Of a stretch of DNA of 35,004 nt, positions 7,306 through 15,297 are shown piece by piece. The notes beneath the pieces are model-generated. The model had not been told where the DNA came from. It saw only the letters and a program-made list of their open reading frames with translations, and ran no database searches. This DNA comes from a virus. Lineage: Duplodnaviria > Caudoviricetes. The stretch covers positions 1 through 35,004 of IMG/VR virus record IMGVR_UViG_3300020044_005297. The stretch is one strand, 5' to 3'. Numbering within the stretch: position 1 is the stretch's first letter; each line of letters begins with the position of its first letter. The translations under genes were made by a program, and so were the position numbers.

Positions 7306-9831
7306 ATGACTTCAGAACTGATTTACACTGCCGGTATCTATACCGGAGACGGGATATCCGTCACCCTTTGCGATGATCGAAAAGTATCAATCGGACGATG
7401 GAAAGAACTCCAAAGCCGGATGATTACTAAACAAGAACTTAAAGAATACGCTCCGAAAGCTAAAGGTATAGCTATCATCTGTGGACGTATATCCGGGTCA
7501 CTCGAAGTCATTGATGTTGACTGCAAGTACGATACTACCGGGACACTCTTTGATAGACTCATGGAAGCTATCGGTAAAGACCTTGCATCCATGGTATCAG
7601 TAGCCAAGACAGTATCAGGTGGTTATCATCTATACTACCGATGTTCAAAGATAGATCAGAACCTTAAACTGGCTCAACGTCCTGCAACACATGAAGAGAC
7701 CAAAGCTAACCCTCACGTTAAGGTCCTTGTACTTATCGAAACACGGGGAGAAGGTGGTTATGTAGTAGCACCTCCAACACCTGGGTACGAATGGATACAT
7801 AACGATCATAGTACCATACCAACAATTACACCTACCGATAGAGACTTCATCATGAACGTCTGTAAGTCCTTCAATGAATACCTTGACGCTCCACAGCTAA
7901 AGGAACGGGAAGACGTTGAGAAGTCCTTCGGATTGTCTCCCATAGACGATTACAATATCCGTGGGAATATCATTCCACTACTTGAAAAACACGGTTGGAA
8001 GCGACTATACGACCGTGGTGGGAAGACCTATTTCCGTAGACCAGGCAAGGATGAAGGTATGTCCGGTGACTACTGGCATGAGAAACGCTGGTTCTCCGTA
8101 TTCACTACTTCCAGTGAGTTCGATCCTATGAAAGCTTACAACCATTCAGCCGTATACTGCCATCTTGAATGTGGTGGTGATTGGACAAAAACTGTCCAAA
8201 AGTTGGCAGGGTCAGGATACGGAGAAGATATTAAAACACACTCAGCAAAAAAAAACACCGATTCCTTCATTAAGATGATGCGGGATAAAGGAATGGATGA
8301 TGACGCTATATCCGATTCTCTTATCGCTGAACGTGGACTAAAGCTTAAAGAAGTCAAAGATGCCATCAAAAAGTCCTACATACCTGAGAAGACAAGTGGT
8401 GAATTTTGGTCAAGGAATGAAAAGGATAAGTTAATCATCAATAAACCAAAGCTACTTGACTTCCTTGTCAAGAACGGATTCAACCTGATGGCTTACGACC
8501 AAGCCGGGAATGATGTCAGACTCGTTAATGTAACCGATTATATCATCGAAGAGTCATCCAATGAGAAAGCGAAGAAGTGCCTGTACGAATATGCCAAGCT
8601 TCATGATTCGGATGTCGCCACTTGGATCCTTGAAAAACACGCCCTAATCAGTGAGTCATTCCTTGAATATCTTCCTAAAATAGAACCCGATTTCCTTACT
8701 GATACTCCTGATACAGCTCTTTATCCGTTCCGTAACGGTGTAGTTAAAGTAACCAAGGATGGATCATCCATAGTTCAGTACGGTGACTTAAAGAAGCATA
8801 TATGGAGGTCATCACTAATCAACCGTGATATCGAACTCGTTCCAATGATATCAGACGGTAGACTATATTGGGGACATGAAAAGACCTCAACCGATATATT
8901 CGCCCAGTTCGTATATCTAATCTGTAACCGTGACCCAGATAGATTTAGAGCCGTATGTACTCATATCGGATACATCCTTCATAAGTTCAAGGATCCTACA
9001 CGTCCTTACGCTATAATACTTGCTGAAGAGACTGATGATGAAATGAACGGTGGTGGAACAGGTAAAGGTATATTCGGTAAAGCCATGTCCTACCTACTCC
9101 AAACTGAGAACGTAGACGGTAAGAACTTCAAGCTCGATAAGTCCTTCGCTTGGCAACGGGTAAGCCTTGATACCCGACTGGTCATCATGCAGGACATAAG
9201 AAAGAACGTAGATTTTGAGGGATTCTACTCGATGCTTACAGAAGGTCTAACAGTAGAAAAGAAGGGTCAGAATGAGCTATTCATACCCTTTGAAAAGTCT
9301 CCAAAGTTTCTATTCACTACTAACTACATGGTTCCGGATCAGGGTCAACACGCCCAAAGACGTCAGAGAGTTATTCCTTTCGGGGACTTCTTCGGAGCTG
9401 ATAATACACCTCTTTCATACTTTGGTCATCAACTATTCACCGGATGGGATGAAGGAGAGTGGAAGTGTTTCTATAATTACTTATTCGCTTGTATTCAGAT
9501 GTACCTATCTATTGGAATAATCCAAGTCCGTGTAACTGAATCTATGCAGTATAAAGCCCTAAAAACATCATTCGGTAATGAGTTCGTCCGCTTTTGGAAG
9601 GATATCATGGCTCAAACTGAACCGAAATGGGTCACATTTTCTGAATTATTTGATGAATTCTTGGCCATGTCTGACTTCAAGGAATTGGACTTTTCTAAGA
9701 AACGGTTCAAAAAAGCTTTGACTACTGCTTGTGACGCTTTTCAGGTAACTATGGAGACTCGTAGAGATGGTGACTTGAAGAGGAACAGGGTAAAATTCAC
9801 TCGATGTACTCGATTGGTACACGATTTATAA
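7306..9831 (+). CDS. Prim-Pol primase/polymerase fused to a P-loop helicase
   Basis: N-terminal VIDVD, SGGYHLYY and GGYVVAPPT; C-terminal GGTGKG Walker A, IMQD, FTTNY and RRQR. Confidence 0.9.
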   Translation: MTSELIYTAGIYTGDGISVTLCDDRKVSIGRWKELQSRMITKQELKEYAPKAKGIAIICGRISGSLEVIDVDCKYDTTGTLFDRLMEAIGKDLASMVSVAKTVSGGYHLYYRCSKIDQNLKLAQRPATHEETKANPHVKVLVLIETRGEGGYVVAPPTPGYEWIHNDHSTIPTITPTDRDFIMNVCKSFNEYLDAPQLKEREDVEKSFGLSPIDDYNIRGNIIPLLEKHGWKRLYDRGGKTYFRRPGKDEGMSGDYWHEKRWFSVFTTSSEFDPMKAYNHSAVYCHLECGGDWTKTVQKLAGSGYGEDIKTHSAKKNTDSFIKMMRDKGMDDDAISDSLIAERGLKLKEVKDAIKKSYIPEKTSGEFWSRNEKDKLIINKPKLLDFLVKNGFNLMAYDQAGNDVRLVNVTDYIIEESSNEKAKKCLYEYAKLHDSDVATWILEKHALISESFLEYLPKIEPDFLTDTPDTALYPFRNGVVKVTKDGSSIVQYGDLKKHIWRSSLINRDIELVPMISDGRLYWGHEKTSTDIFAQFVYLICNRDPDRFRAVCTHIGYILHKFKDPTRPYAIILAEETDDEMNGGGTGKGIFGKAMSYLLQTENVDGKNFKLDKSFAWQRVSLDTRLVIMQDIRKNVDFEGFYSMLTEGLTVEKKGQNELFIPFEKSPKFLFTTNYMVPDQGQHAQRRQRVIPFGDFFGADNTPLSYFGHQLFTGWDEGEWKCFYNYLFACIQMYLSIGIIQVRVTESMQYKALKTSFGNEFVRFWKDIMAQTEPKWVTFSELFDEFLAMSDFKELDFSKKRFKKALTTACDAFQVTMETRRDGDLKRNRVKFTRCTRLVHDL

Positions 9832-10072
9832 AAATCGGGCGGTCGTACACGAACTTCATTTCCAATGGATTAAGTGGGTTGGTACGCGATTACTCGATTT
9901 ATTCCTACTATGCTCTTCCACTATACTCTTTTTACCCCCCTTTTTAGTAGAAAATGACTTTCTACTAATATAGAAAAAAATCAAGTAATCAAGTTCTTAA
10001 CACAGAAAGAACTGAAAATCAAACACATGAACGAGACGCCAATGAAAAGCAAATCGAGTAAATCAAGTACCA
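9799..10072. repeat. putative replication origin: converging iterons around a palindrome
   Basis: TACTCGATT-like repeats at 9799-9899, inverted AATCAAGTA/AATCGAGTA copies at 9979-10072, perfect 10-bp inverted repeat at 9944-9968. Confidence 0.7.
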
Positions 10073-10335
10073 TTACAAAAACGCTGAAAAACGCAGGATT
10101 TCTGCATATTGGAAATTATCACGACTTGGATTATTTCGTGATTCCTAAAAGTGGGAGACTTTTATTAACAGGACCAGTAGAAGCGTTTAGAGGCCGTATA
10201 AAGGACTTTGTGGCTGTTGGGGCTATTCCGATACCTTTCACTACCTTTGAGGCTGTTATAGAGGCTCTAATACAGTCATTGGACACTTCTGAACATGAAC
10301 TAATTGAAAGAATATTCGATGTACTCGCAGAATAA
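10027..10335 (+). CDS. hypothetical protein
   Basis: ORF between the origin and the methyltransferase; start uncertain (10027 or 10042). Confidence 0.6.
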   Translation: MNETPMKSKSSKSSTITKTLKNAGFLHIGNYHDLDYFVIPKSGRLLLTGPVEAFRGRIKDFVAVGAIPIPFTTFEAVIEALIQSLDTSEHELIERIFDVLAE

Positions 10336-10930
10336 TGAAGAAGCTGTTATATTGGCTAATAGTGCTGATACTGGTCATTTTTTGGACATTGGGGCTTATG
10401 ACGGTGTACGCCTGTCTAATGTTAGGGCTTTGGCTGAGAAAGGTTGGACTGGTGTAATGGTTGAACCATCACCACTGATATTCACTCAGTTGATGGAGAA
10501 TTACCGATCATTCCCGGAGATAACACTGGTTAACTCGGCTATTATACCGGGTGCATCAGGACCAGTAGCGTTCCATGACTCGATGGGTGACGCTATCAGT
10601 TCATCAGACCCGGTTCACTTAATGAAGTGGCACGAACATAAAAACTGGCAGTCCTTTTGGATCAGACCCATGTCAACCGATGAACTGTTTAATCAATTCG
10701 GATATGACTTTGATGTTATTTCGGTGGATGTTGAAGGTCAGAATCTTCAAGTATTAAAATCATTACCTTTGGACAAGCTATCTAAATTGAAGCTTTTGTG
10801 TGTTGAATATGACGAGTTCTCAGGTCAGATGATATCTTACATGGAATCATTCGGCTTCATACTTGTCCATCGTAACGCTGAAAACATAATCTTCCAACGT
10901 CATGTCAAAGAAGAGAAAGCCGGGCTTTGA
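10319..10930 (+). CDS. FkbM family SAM-dependent methyltransferase
   Basis: MYSQNNEE..FLDIGAYDG..SN..GWTGVMVEP..ISVDVEG motifs. Confidence 0.9.
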   Translation: MYSQNNEEAVILANSADTGHFLDIGAYDGVRLSNVRALAEKGWTGVMVEPSPLIFTQLMENYRSFPEITLVNSAIIPGASGPVAFHDSMGDAISSSDPVHLMKWHEHKNWQSFWIRPMSTDELFNQFGYDFDVISVDVEGQNLQVLKSLPLDKLSKLKLLCVEYDEFSGQMISYMESFGFILVHRNAENIIFQRHVKEEKAGL

Positions 10931-11180
10931 ATCATTCCTTGAATTCCTGATGGATAAAGGAGCGTCTAAAGCTGAACGCATAATGATGACCATGGACGAT
11001 GATGACTTCATGAGATTTTATACACAGATGATTGAGTTCGCTGCACCTAAGCGGCAGAGAGTAGAACAAGAAACTAAGACAGACACTACGCTTAACATCG
11101 TGGTGAACTGGGATGAAGACACCAAGTTTATCCATAGACCTTCAACGTCCGCACTTGAATCAGCGGAAGGTGTTGACTGA
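10902..11180 (+). CDS. putative terminase small subunit
   Basis: Small helical protein (EFAAPKRQRVE..NIVVNW) immediately upstream of and overlapping TerL. Confidence 0.5.
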   Translation: MSKKRKPGFESFLEFLMDKGASKAERIMMTMDDDDFMRFYTQMIEFAAPKRQRVEQETKTDTTLNIVVNWDEDTKFIHRPSTSALESAEGVD

Positions 11181-12339
11181 AGCCAAGCGGTTTAATCTAC
11201 TTAAATGTGGGAGACGGTTCGGGAAATCTACCTTGAGTATATTCAAGGCGGCAGAAGCTCTGTGTCGTGGTGAGTCGGTGGCTTACTTCGCTCCTACTTA
11301 CAAGGATGCGGCTGAGTGGTGGAACGAGGTAACAGCAAGGTTACACGGGCTTATAACTGCCAAGGATGCGACCATGAAACAGATACGGACTATTACCGGT
11401 GGTAAGTTGGACGTTTGGTCATTCGATAATCCTGATAGCGGTCGTGGTCGGAAGTACCATCTTGTATTGATTGACGAATGTGAGAAAGGAGGGAACTTCG
11501 AGAAGGCTTGGAAGCAATCCATCAGACCGACACTGACCGACTATAAGGGTTCGGCTTGGTTCTTTAGTACTCCGCAGTTTGGTAAGACGTTCTTCAAGGA
11601 GATGTATAACTATCAGGACAGACTTGAAGAGTGGAAGTCATGGCGATTCACCACTTACGATAATCCATTCATAGATCCGGCAGAAGTAGATTCGGCAAAG
11701 ATGGAGCTTGATCCGTTGACATTCGCATGTGAATATTTAGCTGAAGATGTGGACTTATCGAATAAGCCATTCGCCTACTGTTTTGATAAGAATAGGCACA
11801 TCAAGCCGGTTCAATTTGATACTGGTCAGTACTTACATCTATCATTCGACTTCAACGTAGACCCCATTACTTGTGTAGCGAGTCAGTATATTGCCGGAGA
11901 GATACGGTTCATCAAAGAGTTTAGACTATCGAATAGTAATATCTACGAGCTTTGCGATAGGATCAATATCGCCTATCCTCAGGCTGTCTTCATGGTTACG
12001 GGTGATGCCAGTGGTCAGGCTCGGTCGGCTCTTACTATTGGTAACATTAACTATTATTCGGTAATCAAGGATAAGCTTCGGCTCAACTCCAATCAGTTCA
12101 AGGTACCATCGGTTAACCCGGCTATCAGTGACTCTCAGGTATTGACGAACTCAATCCTTCAGAACCATGTGGTATACTTTGATCCGTCCATGACATGGAC
12201 TATTGATGATATGCTGTACGTTGAAGTCACAGAAACGGGAGACATTGACAAGGCAAAGGATAAACACCGAAGCCACTTATTAGATGCTGTTAGATATACA
12301 TTCAATACATTCCATAAACACTTAATTCGATCAATATGA
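11113..12339 (+). CDS. terL: terminase large subunit
   Basis: GRRFGKS Walker A, LVLIDE Walker B, STP motif, SFDFNVDP and HLLDAVRY nuclease motifs. Confidence 0.93.
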   Translation: MKTPSLSIDLQRPHLNQRKVLTEAKRFNLLKCGRRFGKSTLSIFKAAEALCRGESVAYFAPTYKDAAEWWNEVTARLHGLITAKDATMKQIRTITGGKLDVWSFDNPDSGRGRKYHLVLIDECEKGGNFEKAWKQSIRPTLTDYKGSAWFFSTPQFGKTFFKEMYNYQDRLEEWKSWRFTTYDNPFIDPAEVDSAKMELDPLTFACEYLAEDVDLSNKPFAYCFDKNRHIKPVQFDTGQYLHLSFDFNVDPITCVASQYIAGEIRFIKEFRLSNSNIYELCDRINIAYPQAVFMVTGDASGQARSALTIGNINYYSVIKDKLRLNSNQFKVPSVNPAISDSQVLTNSILQNHVVYFDPSMTWTIDDMLYVEVTETGDIDKAKDKHRSHLLDAVRYTFNTFHKHLIRSI

Positions 12340-13121
12340 AGATTCTTGTAAAGTTTCCTACCCGTGGTAGACCGTTGAAATTCCTTAAAGCTTTGAACAT
12401 CTACCAACAGCTTAGGAGTACAGACAATGTCGACTTCCTTATAACCATTGATTCAGATGACCATTCCATGTTAAGGCGTGAGGTAATAAATAGTATGAAG
12501 TTATGGGGTAACTTAAGGTACGATATCATCGAGCCATCGGGAAAGATAGGAGCCATTAACGCAGGACTGAAGGATGTATCTGATAAGTATGATATCATTC
12601 TACTGGCATCGGATGATATGATACCTCAGGTAAAAGGATATGATCAGATTATCATTGACGAGATGATGCGATGTTATCCTGACACTGACGGGGTATTGTG
12701 GTTTAATGATGGGTATACCGGAAAGAATCTTAACACGCTCTGTATACTTGGAACCAAGTATTTCAGACGCTTTGGATACATCTACCATCCTGATTATAAG
12801 TCATTATGGTGTGACAATGAGTTTATGGATGTAGCCAATATGTTCAATAAACAGACCTATTTTGACCGGGTAATCATTAAGCATGAACACCCACTATGGA
12901 CCAGTTCACGTGGCGATTCATTGAATATCCGTGACAATAAACTTTATAAGACAGATGAACAAACCTACATCAGAAGAAAAGCTAACGCCTTCGACCTTAC
13001 CGATCTTGTCCCTGCTAATCCCGACATTACCAAGTCGGAAGTTCATGTTCGAGAATCTGATACTGGAAATAAACCGACAGATAGAAAGCCTAAACGCAGA
13101 AGGAAGAGTTCAGATCTGTAG
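12336..13121 (+). CDS. glycosyltransferase (GT-A fold, GT2-like)
   Basis: KFPTRGRP, GKIGAIN, LASDDM, WCDNEF and HEHP motifs. Confidence 0.85.
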   Translation: MKILVKFPTRGRPLKFLKALNIYQQLRSTDNVDFLITIDSDDHSMLRREVINSMKLWGNLRYDIIEPSGKIGAINAGLKDVSDKYDIILLASDDMIPQVKGYDQIIIDEMMRCYPDTDGVLWFNDGYTGKNLNTLCILGTKYFRRFGYIYHPDYKSLWCDNEFMDVANMFNKQTYFDRVIIKHEHPLWTSSRGDSLNIRDNKLYKTDEQTYIRRKANAFDLTDLVPANPDITKSEVHVRESDTGNKPTDRKPKRRRKSSDL

Positions 13122-13578
13122 TCTCTCGGATGACCGTCAGATGTCTATTGGAGAAAAGCGGAATAGACTTCTCGGTATGGCTACTGGTGACTATACGGCT
13201 TTCATTGATGATGATGATCAGATAGGACGTGACTATATTCGATTGGTGCTTGAGGCTTTGGATAAAAATCCTGATGTGGTTGGTATCACAGGTGAGATAA
13301 CGATGAACATCAACGGACGGGGTACTGTTCGGCGTAAGTTCTACCATACCATTGAGAATAAGGTCTATAGGACATCGATTAGGGGATATGAACGTCCTCC
13401 GAATCATCTTAACCCTATGAGACGGTCCATAGCTTTAGTCTATCAGTTCATTGATAAGAGCCATGGCGAAGACACTGATTGGGCTATGCGTATATGCCGT
13501 GGAGGTATCTTGAAAAGTGAGATATTTATCGATAAACCGATATATTTTTATAATTTCAATCCGAATAAAAACTATTAG
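12955..13578 (+). CDS. glycosyltransferase family 2
   Basis: LSLLIPTLPSR, IGEKRN, AFIDDDD and GEDTDW motifs; start could be 12931 or 12955. Confidence 0.88.
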   Translation: MNKPTSEEKLTPSTLPILSLLIPTLPSRKFMFENLILEINRQIESLNAEGRVQICSLSDDRQMSIGEKRNRLLGMATGDYTAFIDDDDQIGRDYIRLVLEALDKNPDVVGITGEITMNINGRGTVRRKFYHTIENKVYRTSIRGYERPPNHLNPMRRSIALVYQFIDKSHGEDTDWAMRICRGGILKSEIFIDKPIYFYNFNPNKNY

Positions 13579-13586
13579 TACCTTTG
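13579..13586 (+). promoter_or_regulatory. Bacteroidota -7 promoter element
   Basis: Intergenic TACCTTTG(C) about 20 nt before the ORF at 13606. Confidence 0.6.
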
Positions 13587-13605
13587 CATATAAAACCTTA
13601 AGACC

Positions 13606-13947
13606 GTGTCAATTAACGTCTGTGATTTATGTTACTCGTTAGTAGTGAGTCAATGTTCTAACTCCTACACCTTACCTATAACATTGATACCATCAACAGC
13701 TTATAAGATGTGGGTTGAGGATATGCACGGGAACATCTTTCAGTATTCAAGCACTACCAACGGAACTGGAAAGTTCACATTGATTACTACTGAATTTCCC
13801 GAAGGTATGTTCAATCAATGGAGTGGTACTTATGAAGTTACCTTCAACTATTCATTGGACAATCAGACTTTTGAGCCGTTCACTATTGATGGTGGTACAT
13901 ACCAGTGTATGTTATTAAGTTTCGCAAATAAAGAGGCAGTAAACTAA
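13606..13947 (+). CDS. hypothetical beta-rich (probably virion) protein with N-terminal CxxC
   Basis: VCDLC..QC..YQC; S/T/aromatic composition like structural proteins. Confidence 0.65.
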   Translation: MSINVCDLCYSLVVSQCSNSYTLPITLIPSTAYKMWVEDMHGNIFQYSSTTNGTGKFTLITTEFPEGMFNQWSGTYEVTFNYSLDNQTFEPFTIDGGTYQCMLLSFANKEAVN

Positions 13948-14321
13948 TGGAATTTGGTTGGCTATTCTTACTTTTAGTAGGTTTCATTAACTCCCTTGTC
14001 ATCTTCGGAGTTAACAAGGCTACTCACTTTGAGTACTGTCATCCGGATGATACCGAAGAATACTGCAAGAATGGTATTGACCTTGATAGTCGGATGATCT
14101 TGTATCGTCTTCGTTTATGGTCACTTAAGCATATCGGCGAGTTTTGGAGTAAGCCATTATTCACCTGTCCTCCATGTATGGCTTCGGTACATAGTACTTA
14201 CGTCTATTGGTTTGCTATGCCGTTTAATATTCAATCACTGGCTATATGGCCATTCTACATACTTATGTTATCAGGATTAGTCAGTCTAATCAATTCAGTC
14301 ACTAAATATGGAAATTCTTAA
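13947..14321 (+). CDS. membrane protein with CxxC (DUF1360-like)
   Basis: N-terminal TM, KPLFTCPPCMAS, C-terminal TM(s); extra Cys31 and Cys40. Confidence 0.65.
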   Translation: MEFGWLFLLLVGFINSLVIFGVNKATHFEYCHPDDTEEYCKNGIDLDSRMILYRLRLWSLKHIGEFWSKPLFTCPPCMASVHSTYVYWFAMPFNIQSLAIWPFYILMLSGLVSLINSVTKYGNS

Positions 14322-14598
14322 GGAAGCACTTGAACGTAATGGATTCACATACGTCGGACCGTGTAAGATATGCGGTGGTCGTGGGTTTGAATACGTTAGA
14401 AACAAAGCCAAGGCAAAGATTAAAAAAGACCTCAATGGTCGTGAACTTCAGATAACACTGAATGGGTTCGCAGATAACGGACGGCGTATCATCGATACGT
14501 TGATCCGGGTTAAAGAACCTGGTCATGTGGAGAACATCGATAACATTATTCAACGGGAATTAGGACTACTCAATGAGCAAGAAGAGACAAACAGCTGA
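14308..14598 (+). CDS. hypothetical protein with one CxxCxGxG motif
   Basis: GPCKICGGRG. Confidence 0.65.
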   Translation: MEILKEALERNGFTYVGPCKICGGRGFEYVRNKAKAKIKKDLNGRELQITLNGFADNGRRIIDTLIRVKEPGHVENIDNIIQRELGLLNEQEETNS

Positions 14599-15166
14599 AC
14601 AGCCTTGGACCGTTGAAGAGGGTCACGTTATTATCCCGGCTTTCGAGTCGGGAGGTATTCAGTATTACATGATGAAGGATATCTTCAATTCCTTCAGTGG
14701 ACGGGCTTTGGATGCTATGGCTATCTACGAGAAGTGGTCACTTCGCTGTAGTCCTGACTTTATGAAGTCGTGGATGGATGGGCTTGAGAATACCATTAAC
14801 GCTAATCCAATCAAGATAACGGAAGTAGCTGAGATGATCAATGTTATGAGGGAGAGGCTATCATTCGCTTTGCCTACTGAACAAATCATTTGGGAACTGG
14901 CTTCTGTTGCTTTCTTCGACAGGAACGAGAGTCCATACCGATATGACGAAGCTTACGCCAAGGATAAGATTAGTCGATGGAAGGAGGACATCGGACTACC
15001 TGATTTTTTTTTCAAGACCCCGTTAAGGGATTTGGTCAGCTTACCAGACTTATCGGAGGAAGGTTTAAAGAATTATTTGAAAATAGTGGAGGGAGTAGAG
15101 GGGAAGCAATTAGAGAAAGTCCTTTCAAAGCTTACATCCAGTCAGCTGAGAGTCGCTTCCTTATAG
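14573..15166 (+). CDS. putative tail assembly chaperone (short form)
   Basis: Directly upstream of the tape measure gene; contains a T9 slippery run. Confidence 0.6.
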   Translation: MSKKRQTAEQPWTVEEGHVIIPAFESGGIQYYMMKDIFNSFSGRALDAMAIYEKWSLRCSPDFMKSWMDGLENTINANPIKITEVAEMINVMRERLSFALPTEQIIWELASVAFFDRNESPYRYDEAYAKDKISRWKEDIGLPDFFFKTPLRDLVSLPDLSEEGLKNYLKIVEGVEGKQLEKVLSKLTSSQLRVASL

Positions 15167-15297
15167 GTGTTAGGTTACGTTCTGAATTCGGAATTGACCC
15201 TAACAAACTGAATCTGTACGAATACTATCTGTTAATAGAACAGTTAGAAAAAATGAGCAATAGTGGCGGAAACAGTCGTAATCAACATCGAAGCTAA
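15004..15297 (+). other. -1 frame extension of the tail assembly chaperone (G/GT-type programmed frameshift)
   Basis: GAT TTT TTT TTC at 15002-15013; the -1 frame opens right after TGA 15001-15003 and stays open for 97 codons to TAA 15295-15297. Confidence 0.65.

Noticed and set aside
9799-10072. Short repeats as a CRISPR or mini-array
   Set aside because: The units are 8-12 nt, degenerate, irregularly spaced and in both orientations, which fits iterons.
10319-10930. Methyltransferase as a DNA methyltransferase
   Set aside because: It lacks DPPY/NPPY or PC catalytic motifs and has FkbM-type motifs instead.
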